DNA from: an uncultured Bacteroidales bacterium
Lineage (GTDB): Bacteria > Bacteroidota > Bacteroidia > Bacteroidales > Paludibacteraceae
Reading direction: 5' to 3'
Length of the DNA stretch: 64,000 bases
Assembly (NCBI GenBank): GCA_900317345.1
Contig: ONGK01000005.1
Location: 32,099-96,098, forward strand
A model generated the notes under the pieces. It was not told the origin of the DNA, did no database searches, and saw only the letters and a list, made by a program, of their open reading frames with translations. Shown here in pieces: positions 37,457 through 46,413 of this stretch. The translations under genes were made by a program, and so were the position numbers. The stretch's first letter is position 1. Every line of letters starts with the position of its first letter.

Positions 37457-38164
37457 ATGGCAATCGGCAATGTGACGCCGGATAGTTTTTATGCCTCCTC
37501 GCGCTTGGACTCTGTCTCTAATGTAGTTCGGTGGGCAAAGGAAGCTATGGAGAGTGGCGCGGACATCCTGGATATAGGCGGATGTTCTACTCGTCCTGGG
37601 AGCAAACCGGCTTCGGAGGAAGAGGAATGGCGGCGTGTGGAGCCGGCGTTGAGGGCGATAAAGGACGTTTTGCCGGATACGCAGTTGTCCCTTGATACGT
37701 TTCGTCCCGAAATTGTGCGTCGTGCCCTCTCGCAGTTCGGACCGATGATTGTCAATGATATATCGGGCGGTGATGATGCCATGTATGATGTGGTCCGTAG
37801 TTATGCTGTCCCGTATGTGTGGACACTTCGCGGTCAATTGGACTTGCCTTCCTCTCTGCCGGAAATGAACGATATGGATTTGATTCTCGACCCTGGCTTT
37901 GGGTTCATCGGCAGCACAGAGGAGGACTATGCATGCATGCGGCGCATGAAGGACTTGCAGAAATACAAACGGCCTGTTCTGGTGGGTGTTAGCCGCAAGT
38001 CGATGCTTTGGAGACCACTGGGACTCACGCCGGATACATGTCTCTCTGCGACACAGGCCTTGCAGATGTTTGCATTGCTGCAAGGAGCTACTATATTACG
38101 AACACATGATGTGCGCGAAACCGCGCAAACCGTAGAAATATACAATAGATTATGCATTTCTTAG
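37457..38164 (+). CDS. folP: dihydropteroate synthase
   Basis: MAIGNVTPDSFYASSR, ADILDIGGCSTRPG, LSLDTFR, VNDISGG, DPGFGF. The track ORF begins at GTG 37442; I prefer ATG 37457 given the -7 box position. Confidence 0.88.
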   Translation: MAIGNVTPDSFYASSRLDSVSNVVRWAKEAMESGADILDIGGCSTRPGSKPASEEEEWRRVEPALRAIKDVLPDTQLSLDTFRPEIVRRALSQFGPMIVNDISGGDDAMYDVVRSYAVPYVWTLRGQLDLPSSLPEMNDMDLILDPGFGFIGSTEEDYACMRRMKDLQKYKRPVLVGVSRKSMLWRPLGLTPDTCLSATQALQMFALLQGATILRTHDVRETAQTVEIYNRLCIS

Positions 38165-38937
38165 CTTTTTCGTTTGGATTTAAGGATGTGATAGATATCC
38201 TTCTGGTGGCAGGAATCTTGTATGAGACGTATCGTTTGCTCCGTCGTACGGGCGCAACGAATCTCTTCTGGGGTATCCTGGCGTTTATCGTGGTATGGTT
38301 TCTGGTGACCTTTGTCTTCCAGTTGGACCTTACTGGCGCGTTATTTGATCGCATCATCTCGGTCGGAGCGATAGCACTCATTGTTATCTTCCAGGAGGAA
38401 ATTCGTATGTTCTTTTATCGCATTGGCTCCCGTTTCTCGTCTTGGAATATTTTTGGTCCACGTACACCGGAAGGCGTAGGAATCTCGCGGCAACAGGTGC
38501 TGGAAATCACGCAAGCTTGCCGCCACATGGCTTCTACCAAGACGGGCGCACTCATCGTGATTGCCGGCACAGGCAGCCTCAAAGAAATAGTGGACACGGG
38601 CGAGCGCCTGGACGCGCAGGTGTCCGCGCGTTTAATAGAGAATATATTCTTTAAGAATACGCCTTTGCATGATGGCGCACTCGTCATACGTGGAGGAAAA
38701 CTCTTGGCTGCGGCATGCATCCTGCCGGTTAGCAAGAATCAGGACATTCCGTTGCATTATGGACTGCGCCATCGTGCTGCTTTGGGTCTGGTAGAAAAAT
38801 CCGACGCCACGTGTATTGTGGTGTCGGAAGAGACGGGGCATATATCTGTGGCGCAGGCCGGACAGATACGGGAGGTGAAGGAGGATGATTTATTCCTCGT
38901 ACTTCATTCCTCTTCTACCGTGGAAGCGGGGAGTTGA
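38152..38937 (+). CDS. cdaA: diadenylate cyclase CdaA (DisA_N domain, membrane-anchored)
   Basis: Three N-terminal TM segments, then TKTGALIVI, NTPLHDGALVI, YGLRHRAALGL, VVSEETGHISVA. Confidence 0.9.
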   Translation: MHFLAFSFGFKDVIDILLVAGILYETYRLLRRTGATNLFWGILAFIVVWFLVTFVFQLDLTGALFDRIISVGAIALIVIFQEEIRMFFYRIGSRFSSWNIFGPRTPEGVGISRQQVLEITQACRHMASTKTGALIVIAGTGSLKEIVDTGERLDAQVSARLIENIFFKNTPLHDGALVIRGGKLLAAACILPVSKNQDIPLHYGLRHRAALGLVEKSDATCIVVSEETGHISVAQAGQIREVKEDDLFLVLHSSSTVEAGS

Positions 38938-39894
38938 GCCACGATATGAATCGCTGCAAATAACGCAGGTGCCTGGTTCTGGCAACTGGAACAATACCGT
39001 AAACTTGATTCCTACTACCAGATTGTTTACCGCCTTTGCGAAATCGGTAGTCTTCATCAAATCGTTCATCTGCAACTTATCAATCATCGTTGTTGTCTTA
39101 TACACCGGTGCCGTGGCACCTGTATTGTACCCATCCGGCGTAATCAGCGCTTTCATCTCACCCGCGGTATGGAGATCAAGCAGACCGTAATCCACAAATC
39201 CTGCTAAACGGTATTCTATCTTGCGTTTCGGCACGTCAAATCCTACAGCATCGATTACCTGACCGATGCGGCCGCCAATCTCTAAACTCACATCCAAATC
39301 CAGATTTAGTTTTGTTTTTGCGCTTCCGGATGCAGAGATGTTCTCGAAGAACTGATACTCCGGCTGGTTGCGGAAGTCGTCAAAATCTTCAGATCGGCCA
39401 AGAGTGGTTACGTTGGTGGTGGCGCTTGTCTTCGTGTAGAGATGGGTATATAACTTGACACCGGCCAGCATATAGAATTTCTTGTGCTGTACACCAATCA
39501 TCAACGGCACGTTCAGAGCAATGTCCTTGTACTGGTCCCTGCGGTTGCTCAGTGAATAGACATAGTCGAACTTATCACCATCTAAATCTGTTTGGTCAGG
39601 GAGCACTGCCTCCATGATTCCGCCTTGCTTAAAAGCTGTCATGCCGCCCTGCAAGCCTACGCCTAAATCGAAGAGGAAGCGTGTTGTCTTGGCGGCTGGA
39701 CCTACCTGCAACTCATACAAGGCACCTGCACCTCCGGCCACACCGAAACTTGGCCCGTATTTGCTCTGAGACGGAAGCATAGTCCATTCGTCTAAATTGG
39801 CATATGCGCCGACGTAGTTATTCACCTTCGCACTCATCGTGCCGCTCAGCAGCAGTGCGAGGAATAAAACCGGATATGTTTGATGTTTTTTCAC
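38890..39894 (-). CDS. putative outer-membrane beta-barrel protein
   Basis: ORF 38890-39957. I prefer the GTG at 39894, which gives a clean signal peptide (M)KKHQTYPVLFLALLLSGTMSA. Alternating beta-strand pattern. The 3' end overlaps cdaA by 48 nt. Confidence 0.5.
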   Translation of the reverse strand: MKKHQTYPVLFLALLLSGTMSAKVNNYVGAYANLDEWTMLPSQSKYGPSFGVAGGAGALYELQVGPAAKTTRFLFDLGVGLQGGMTAFKQGGIMEAVLPDQTDLDGDKFDYVYSLSNRRDQYKDIALNVPLMIGVQHKKFYMLAGVKLYTHLYTKTSATTNVTTLGRSEDFDDFRNQPEYQFFENISASGSAKTKLNLDLDVSLEIGGRIGQVIDAVGFDVPKRKIEYRLAGFVDYGLLDLHTAGEMKALITPDGYNTGATAPVYKTTTMIDKLQMNDLMKTTDFAKAVNNLVVGIKFTVLFQLPEPGTCVICSDSYRGSTPRFHGRRGMKYEE

Positions 39895-39925
39895 TATTTT
39901 TCTTGCACAATTCAAATAAATGTAG

Positions 39926-39933
39926 TACCTTTG
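39926..39933 (+). promoter_or_regulatory. -7 box (TACCTTTG) upstream of metG
   Basis: caaataaatgtagTACCTTTGcaccc, about 105 nt before ATG 40038. Confidence 0.5.
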
Positions 39934-39970
39934 CACCCGAATTGGATATTCGTCCAAGGCTTTTGCGGCG

Positions 39971-39978
39971 CAAAAGTA
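39971..39978 (-). promoter_or_regulatory. -7 box (TACTTTTG) for the outer-membrane protein gene
   Basis: The minus strand reads tttgcgtatatcaaaaatttttacTACTTTTGcgccgc. It is face-to-face with the metG promoter. Confidence 0.5.
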
Positions 39979-40037
39979 GTAAAAATTTTTGATATACGCA
40001 AATTTTTTTAAAAATTAGTATAAATTTTACACAAAAT

Positions 40038-42113
40038 ATGGCATTTAATCGCACTTTAATTACTGCAGCGCTCCCTTATGCGAATGGCCCTGTGCATATC
40101 GGCCACCTCGCCGGAGTGTATGTTCCGGCGGACATCTATGCCCGCTATCTTCGTTTGAAAGGAAAAGAAGTGATGTTTGTCTGCGGAAGTGACGAGCATG
40201 GAGTTCCGGTCACTATTCGTGCGCGAAAAGAAGGTATCACAACGCAACAGGTTGTGGACCGCTATCATGAGCTCATTAAGCGTTCTTTTGCCCAGTTCGG
40301 CATATCGTTTGATATATATTCGCGCACCACTTCGGCGGTCCATCATCAGTTTGCTTCGGATTATTTCCGGGCTATGTATGACGCAGGTCAGTTTGTGGAG
40401 GAGACATCCGAGCAGTTCTATGATCCGGAAACCGGACATTTCCTCACGGACCGGAATATCCGCGGAGAGTGCCCACGTTGCCATTCGATGGGTGCGTACG
40501 GTGACCAGTGTGAGAAATGTGGCGCTACGCTTTCGCCCGATGAACTGATTAATCCGTATAATGCCGAAACAGGAAACGCATTGACCAAGAAAGAGACCAA
40601 ACATTGGTATCTGCCGCTTGATAAATACCAGACTTGGTTGGAGGATTGGATTCTCAATAACCATAAGGAGTGGCGCTCCAATGTTTATGGGCAATGCAAG
40701 AGTTGGCTCGACGGAGGACTCAAACCGCGTGCCGTGACGCGAGACCTCGACTGGGGTATTCCTGTGCCGGTAGAAGGTGCGGAAGGAAAAGTGCTCTATG
40801 TGTGGTTTGATGCACCTATCGGATATATATCCAACACCAAGGAACTTTGCGAAGCTCAGCCCGCTAAGTTCGGAAATTGGGAGAAATGGTGGAAGCAGGA
40901 AGATACACGCATGATTCATTTTATCGGCAAGGATAATATCGTCTTCCACTGTATCGTCTTCCCGGCTATGCTTAAGGCGCAAGGTTATAATCTGCCGGAT
41001 AATGTGCCGTCGAATGAGTTTCTTAACCTTGAAGGAGATAAGATTTCCACGTCCCGCAACTGGGCGGTATGGCTCAACGAATATCTGGATGATTTCCCCG
41101 CCAAGCAGGATGTTCTCCGTTATGTCCTCACGGCCAATGCACCGGAGACCAAGGATAATGACTTCACATGGGCGGATTTCCAGGCACGCAACAATAATGA
41201 ACTTGTAGCCATATATGGCAACTTTGTCAATCGCGCGCTCGTGCTCACGGGTAAATATTTTGAAGGACGCGTGCCCGCGTGCGGAGAACTCACAGATTAT
41301 GATAAAGAGGTCATCTCGCAAATCACGAGTTATAAATCGCAAATAGAGAGTTTGCTTGAGTCCTTCCGCTTCCGCGATGCGCAAAAAGAGGCAATGAACC
41401 TTGCGCGTATTGGCAATAAATACCTCGCGGATACAGAGCCGTGGAAACTGGCAAAGACCGACATGAACCGCACGGCCACCGTCCTGCACATAGCTCTGCA
41501 GATTGCTGCGAACTTAGCTATCGCTTTTGAGCCGTTCCTGCCGTTCAGCTCTCAAAAACTGAAGACCATGCTCCAGTTGGATGCATCCATCGGTTGGGAC
41601 GATTTGGGTAGAATAGACTTACTGCCGGAAGGTCAGGCGCTCGGTGAGGTCTCTCTTCTCTTTGAGAAGATAGAGGATGCGGCAATTCAGGCGCAGCTGG
41701 ATAAACTGGCTCATATCAAGCAGGAGAATGAAAAAGCAGCACAGGAGGAGGCTCTTAAAAACTGGCGTCCTGAACCTGTAAAAGAGTCAAATTCTTTCGA
41801 TGAATTCGAGAAAAATGACATCCGTGTAGGTACAGTATTGGAGTGTACAAACGTGAAGAAATCGGAGCGTTTGTTGCAGTTCCGCATTGATGATGGAATG
41901 GGAGGAAGAACCATCCTGTCTGGTATTGCTCAGTCCTATCCTGACCCCTCTGTGCTGGTGGGTAAACAAGTCCTTTTCATCGCCAATTTCCCGCCGCGTA
42001 AGATGATAGGTATTGAGAGTCAGGGAATGATTCTTTCTGCAGTGGATGCGGATGGAAAACTCGTTGTCACCACGGTCTCTGCACCTGTCAAAAATGGTTG
42101 TCAGGTAGGGTAA
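40038..42113 (+). CDS. metG: methionine--tRNA ligase
   Basis: 691 aa. [16 protein letters not shown] (HIGH), zinc knuckle CPRCHS...CEKCG, KISTSR (KMSKS), and a C-terminal tRNA-binding (EMAP-like) domain. Confidence 0.93.
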   Translation: MAFNRTLITAALPYANGPVHIGHLAGVYVPADIYARYLRLKGKEVMFVCGSDEHGVPVTIRARKEGITTQQVVDRYHELIKRSFAQFGISFDIYSRTTSAVHHQFASDYFRAMYDAGQFVEETSEQFYDPETGHFLTDRNIRGECPRCHSMGAYGDQCEKCGATLSPDELINPYNAETGNALTKKETKHWYLPLDKYQTWLEDWILNNHKEWRSNVYGQCKSWLDGGLKPRAVTRDLDWGIPVPVEGAEGKVLYVWFDAPIGYISNTKELCEAQPAKFGNWEKWWKQEDTRMIHFIGKDNIVFHCIVFPAMLKAQGYNLPDNVPSNEFLNLEGDKISTSRNWAVWLNEYLDDFPAKQDVLRYVLTANAPETKDNDFTWADFQARNNNELVAIYGNFVNRALVLTGKYFEGRVPACGELTDYDKEVISQITSYKSQIESLLESFRFRDAQKEAMNLARIGNKYLADTEPWKLAKTDMNRTATVLHIALQIAANLAIAFEPFLPFSSQKLKTMLQLDASIGWDDLGRIDLLPEGQALGEVSLLFEKIEDAAIQAQLDKLAHIKQENEKAAQEEALKNWRPEPVKESNSFDEFEKNDIRVGTVLECTNVKKSERLLQFRIDDGMGGRTILSGIAQSYPDPSVLVGKQVLFIANFPPRKMIGIESQGMILSAVDADGKLVVTTVSAPVKNGCQVG

Positions 42114-42149
42114 TACAGTTACTGAAAATATCCGATAAAATCGAAGATT

Positions 42150-43661
42150 ATGAAACGTTTCATGCTTGTTGTGGCGGTCTTGACTTGTACCGTTGTGTTG
42201 TCGGCAGGGGAAATAACCTATACGCCCGATAACACCACTATCTTTAAGAATCCCGAGCGCGGATTCACTGAAGAACTCAATGGTAAAGTGACAGTGAAAA
42301 GTCCTTATCGAGTGAAAAATCATATCGACAGTAATTGGGGAAAGAGGGATTGCATGACGATGCCTGTGGTGTTGTATAATTTTGGCAATTTCAAGAGTCA
42401 GGATTTGCCGTCAGAGATTCTAAATGGCTTTGACGAAGATATGCAGGAGCTACGTAACCTCGGCTTGAAATGCGTGCTTCGTTTTGCATATACAGAGCGC
42501 GAAAGTGACATAGTAGATGCGACACCGGATTGGGTAAAACGCCATCTGGAGCAATTGAAATCTCACCTTGCCGCTAATGCTGATGTTATTTATGTATTGG
42601 AGGCGGGGTTTGTAGGAGTTTGGGGAGAATGGTATTATTCCCAGAACTACGGCAATGAGACGCAGCATGTGACGGCCAATAGACGGAAAGTAATTCAATA
42701 CCTGTTTGCCAATACCCCGGCAGATATGTTTATCCTCTTCCGCTACCCGATGATTCAGCAAGAGTATCTAAATGACGTGACACCGCTGACACCTACGGAG
42801 GGATTCAGTGGAACGGAGAAAGCACGTATGGGATGTCACAACGATGCATTCTTGCATAACTGGGGCAATATGGGAACATATGCTAGTGATGATAAGGATG
42901 ATGATCCGGCCATGCGTCAGTACGTTGCCGCTCAGACACTATATGTGCCAAACGGTGGAGAGACGAATATTGATGACGATGATGCGCTGGCTCAGCAGCG
43001 TTATACCCAGGCTCCATCGGAGATGGCAACCTACCACTGGTCGTTCTGTGGCTCCACATATGCAGAGCCTGTTACAAATCGCTGGCGTAGTAGCGGGTTA
43101 TTTGATACCCTGAATATCCATATGGGCTATCGTTATAATCTTCTTGACGCCCAATTCAGCGATGAGGCAGCGCCCGCTGGTAAGATGAATGTCACCATCC
43201 GCGTGCGCAATGTGGGGTACGCACCCATATATAACGAACGCACAGCGTATATCGTGCTCCAGAGTAGCACAAAGACCTATAAACTGCCGCTGGCTTCCGA
43301 CCCGAGACGATGGCTTCCCAATGGGGTGATAACATGGATTAATGAGCAGGTCGATATCCCTTCTGATGTACCGGAGGGCACGTATCACTTATACCTCTAT
43401 ATGCCCGATAAATATTCGTCCATTGCTGCTGACCCGCGTTATGCCGTGCGATTTGCTAATGTCAGTGTGTGGGATGCCAACACCGGTTATAATGACTTAG
43501 GAACCACGGTCACAATATCTAATTCGGCACCGCTTAATCCCGGTCCGCTTCCAGAAGGACTGGAAGAGACGGAGCAGGCCCAATTAAAGCCGAAAAAAGT
43601 CGTTGAAAACGGAATTTTTTATATCCTTATGCCCAATGGAAAGAAATACTATTGTATTTGA
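42150..43661 (+). CDS. secreted DUF4874/DUF4832-like putative glycoside hydrolase with short C-terminal tail
   Basis: 503 aa. Signal peptide, then NPERGF, GFVGVWGEWYYS and GCHNDAF blocks typical of the DUF4874+DUF4832 pair. It ends ...KKVVENGIFYILMPNGKKYYCI. Confidence 0.6.
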   Translation: MKRFMLVVAVLTCTVVLSAGEITYTPDNTTIFKNPERGFTEELNGKVTVKSPYRVKNHIDSNWGKRDCMTMPVVLYNFGNFKSQDLPSEILNGFDEDMQELRNLGLKCVLRFAYTERESDIVDATPDWVKRHLEQLKSHLAANADVIYVLEAGFVGVWGEWYYSQNYGNETQHVTANRRKVIQYLFANTPADMFILFRYPMIQQEYLNDVTPLTPTEGFSGTEKARMGCHNDAFLHNWGNMGTYASDDKDDDPAMRQYVAAQTLYVPNGGETNIDDDDALAQQRYTQAPSEMATYHWSFCGSTYAEPVTNRWRSSGLFDTLNIHMGYRYNLLDAQFSDEAAPAGKMNVTIRVRNVGYAPIYNERTAYIVLQSSTKTYKLPLASDPRRWLPNGVITWINEQVDIPSDVPEGTYHLYLYMPDKYSSIAADPRYAVRFANVSVWDANTGYNDLGTTVTISNSAPLNPGPLPEGLEETEQAQLKPKKVVENGIFYILMPNGKKYYCI

Positions 43662-44265
43662 TTTAGGAGGCGTGCTCATTAACCTCAATGTGCCGCGTTG
43701 TGTTGATAACTTCAAGCGTCTCATGGGCGAGGATAACGTGCGCAATATCCTTGGTATAGACGATGAAGGAGAAGGCGTAGTGGCGGTTAGTGCGGCTAAG
43801 CGTCAGCTCATGCACGATTATGAATACGGCAATATATCTACGGATGAGTTTCTGCAAGCCGTCCTGTCTTATTGCCATCCCGGCACAACGATTGATGATG
43901 TGCGCAATGCATGGATGAGTATGTTGGCGGATTTACCGCAGGAAAAGCTCGATTTCATCGGTGCTTTACGCGCTGCTGGATATAAGACATACCTCCTTTC
44001 TAACTCCAACCAGATGCACTGGGATCCCATTTTTGAGCAGTTCCACCTCGAGCGGTATTTCGATGGAATCTATGCCTCTCATCACCTGCATATGGCGAAA
44101 CCGAATAAAGAAATATTCGATTTCATCGAGAAAAATGCGCATATCGACTCTGCTCACACTATTTATGTAGATGATCTTGAGAAGAATCGTAAGGCCGGTG
44201 AATCCTTCCTCGGTTGGACCACTTGCGCTTCTGTCGATGAACTGAAGCAACTCTTAAACTTTTGA
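43636..44265 (+). CDS. HAD-superfamily hydrolase (subfamily IA)
   Basis: Start set at ATG 43636 (MERNTIVFDLGGVLINL, DxG motif I). LLSNSN (motif II) and YVDDLEKN (motif IV). Confidence 0.75.
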   Translation: MERNTIVFDLGGVLINLNVPRCVDNFKRLMGEDNVRNILGIDDEGEGVVAVSAAKRQLMHDYEYGNISTDEFLQAVLSYCHPGTTIDDVRNAWMSMLADLPQEKLDFIGALRAAGYKTYLLSNSNQMHWDPIFEQFHLERYFDGIYASHHLHMAKPNKEIFDFIEKNAHIDSAHTIYVDDLEKNRKAGESFLGWTTCASVDELKQLLNF

Positions 44266-44303
44266 ACTCTTGAACCCTTAAACTCTTATACTCTCTAACT
44301 AAT

Positions 44304-45380
44304 ATGAAAAACATCCTCCAGCATTTTGCCATCCCCAATCAGGTGGCAGACCCGCAACCGCTTAAAATCGGTTTTATCAATGATTCATTCATCGTGCGCG
44401 CGATTAAGAAAGGAGAGAAATCGTATTTCCTGCAGCGCATTAACCACCATATATTCCGCAATGTCGAAGGCTTGCAGCAGAATATCCGCAAGGTCACTGA
44501 CCATATTCGCCACAAACTGGCCGAGGCCGGAGAGACGGATATCGACCGCAAGGTGCTGGAACTCGTGCCCACCAAAGATGGCAAACTATATTACTGTACG
44601 CCCGAAGGCGACTACTGGCGTGTCTATGTACTCATCGGAAATGCCTCGTCCCAAGAGAAGGTGACGCCGGCTTCTGCCGAACTTGCCGGAGAGGCTTTCG
44701 GACGATTCCAGTGCCAACTCGCGGACCTGCCATTCGATGAATTGTGCGAATCCATCCCGAATTTCCATAACATAGAGTTCCGCCTGCAGCAGCTCGACGA
44801 AGCGCTCGCTGCCGATCCGGTCGGACGAAAAGAGGCTTGCGCGGACATCATCGCTGCCATCAACAGCCGGCGCGATGAGATGTGCCTCGCCGAACGCCTC
44901 TTCCGGGAAGGAAAACTCCCAAAGCATATCAACCATTGCGATACAAAGGTCAACAACATCCTCTTCGACGAAGCCGGACGACCTATTTGTATTGTCGATC
45001 TCGATACCGTCATGCCGGGATTTGTCCTCAGTGATTTTGGCGATTTCATGCGCACCGCGGCCAACACCGGCTTGGAGGATGACCCGAACCTCGATAACAT
45101 ACATGTCGATCTGGATATTTTCGAAGCATACACGCGCGGGTACCTCAAAGAAGCCACTTTCCTGACCGACATCGAGAAGGAACTGCTTCCTTACGGATGC
45201 CGTCTGCTCAGTTATATGCAGACCGTCCGCTTCTTCACGGACTACATCAACGGCGACACCTACTATAAGATTCAGTACCCTGAGCACAACCTCGTCCGCA
45301 CACGTGCACAACTCCGCCTCGTCGAGGAGCAGGAGAAAGTGGCTGACCAGATGAAAGCCATCATCAATAAATACCTCTAA
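44304..45380 (+). CDS. APH-fold kinase, N-acetylhexosamine 1-kinase (NahK)-like
   Basis: 358 aa. Catalytic and metal loops INHCDTKVNNILFDEAGRPICIVDLDTVMPGFVLSDFGDFMR resemble the NahK/MdsC-annotated family. Confidence 0.6.
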   Translation: MKNILQHFAIPNQVADPQPLKIGFINDSFIVRAIKKGEKSYFLQRINHHIFRNVEGLQQNIRKVTDHIRHKLAEAGETDIDRKVLELVPTKDGKLYYCTPEGDYWRVYVLIGNASSQEKVTPASAELAGEAFGRFQCQLADLPFDELCESIPNFHNIEFRLQQLDEALAADPVGRKEACADIIAAINSRRDEMCLAERLFREGKLPKHINHCDTKVNNILFDEAGRPICIVDLDTVMPGFVLSDFGDFMRTAANTGLEDDPNLDNIHVDLDIFEAYTRGYLKEATFLTDIEKELLPYGCRLLSYMQTVRFFTDYINGDTYYKIQYPEHNLVRTRAQLRLVEEQEKVADQMKAIINKYL

Positions 45381-45408
45381 ATCTCCATAACTCATAACCC
45401 CTTCAACC

Positions 45409-45978
45409 ATGAAGCTGAATATCAACAAGGTCAATTGGCCCGACGCCTTTCCATATTGCCCGGAAACAACCGTCGAAATAACCAACAACCATGAGTTCTT
45501 GTTTCTCCAATACACCGTCAAGGGAGAACAACTCCGTGCGGCAACCGTCGACGACCAGGGACCTGTTTGGGAGGATTCATGTGTCGAGTTCTTCTGCCAA
45601 GTGCCCGGAGACAATCACTACATGAATTTCGAAACCAATTGTGTCGGAGCGATGGTGGCTTCGCGCAGGCTCGGCAGAGATAAAGAGGTGCAACCCCTTC
45701 CGGCGGAACAGATAGCGCTCATTGAGCGGAAATGCACTTTCCCGCGTCAGAAAATAGAAGAGAAAGACGGACTTTTCGAATGGACCGTAGAACTCAAAAT
45801 ACCTCTCTCCCTCATCTTCCGAGATCCGAAACTGACCTTTCCGCTGACGCTGCGGGCTAATTTCTACAAGTGCGCCGACAAAACCAAACGCCCGCACTTC
45901 GTCAGCTGGCAACCCATCTACCTGCCAAAACCGGATTTCCATTGCCCTGAGTTCTTTGGAGAAATAGTCCTGAGTTAA
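45409..45978 (+). CDS. carbohydrate-binding family 9-like (DOMON-like) protein, no signal peptide
   Basis: 189 aa. WEDSCVEFFCQVPGDNHYMNFETNCVG and RANFYKCADKT blocks are typical of CBM9-like proteins. Confidence 0.5.
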   Translation: MKLNINKVNWPDAFPYCPETTVEITNNHEFLFLQYTVKGEQLRAATVDDQGPVWEDSCVEFFCQVPGDNHYMNFETNCVGAMVASRRLGRDKEVQPLPAEQIALIERKCTFPRQKIEEKDGLFEWTVELKIPLSLIFRDPKLTFPLTLRANFYKCADKTKRPHFVSWQPIYLPKPDFHCPEFFGEIVLS

Positions 45979-46034
45979 CCTCGCTCTCTCTTTACCAAAC
46001 ATCCCTCCCGACTGTTTCCAAACCACCCTCTGAC

Positions 46035-46071
46035 CGCATACGTGATATCTCCCTTCGCGTATGCGTTTTTT
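46035..46071 (+). terminator. Rho-independent terminator closing the metG-to-CBM9-like unit
   Basis: Stem CGCATACG/CGTATGCG, 15-nt loop, then TTTTTT. Confidence 0.75.
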
Positions 46072-46090
46072 CTGCTATCTGTACCGTTCT

Positions 46091-46150
46091 TAAGACGAAC
46101 TATTGACGAACTATAGACGAATTATTAACGAACTATTAACGAATTATTAC
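46091..46150 (+). repeat. Array of five phased 11-bp repeats (copy B of the shared upstream module)
   Basis: taagacgaa ctattgacgaa ctatagacgaa ttattaacgaa ctattaacgaa ttattac. Confidence 0.9.
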
Positions 46151-46374
46151 TATAGGCACACAATACTCACGCAATACCCACACCGGAGTCATACCCTACT
46201 TTGGAGCACCTCAAAGGCTACGATGCTTGCTCTTTTGCTACCTTCTTTTTCGAAACATTACGAAATAACAAATGAAACATATAATATGCTCATTATCACT
46301 AATTTATGTTTTATTGTTTCGAAAATATGCTCGATAACATATTTTAATGTTACGAAAACTCCGAAAAAATGGTG

Positions 46375-46382
46375 TAATTTTG
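46375..46382 (+). promoter_or_regulatory. -7 box (TAATTTTG) for the AgaS-to-beta-helix unit
   Basis: ccgaaaaaatggtgTAATTTTGcggcg, 32 nt upstream of ATG 46414. Confidence 0.6.
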
Positions 46383-46413
46383 CGGCGTAAATAAAAATTT
46401 TATTTATCTAACT

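Noticed and set aside
38890-38937. The 48-nt convergent overlap of cdaA and the outer-membrane protein gene as a regulatory antisense device.
   Set aside because: The outer-membrane protein's tail after its last beta-strand (VGIKFTVLF) looks like simple read-on to the next stop codon. There is no additional evidence.
39958-39975. Palindromes CTTTTGCGGCGCAAAAG (39958-39975) and CCTTTGCGGCGCAAAGG (near 25408-25424) as a shared operator.
   Set aside because: Both arise from a -7 box (TAnnTTTGC) abutting its own reverse complement in divergent promoter regions. The similarity is explained by the promoter consensus.
25513-46150. The two inverted copies of the 11-bp-repeat module could be the ends of a 20.6-kb mobile or invertible segment.
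   Set aside because: The interior is core metabolism (mdh, porX, gcvH, folP, cdaA, metG). No recombinase, transposase or target duplication is visible. Each copy faces outward toward a promoter and gene in the same relative orientation, which fits a regulatory module better.
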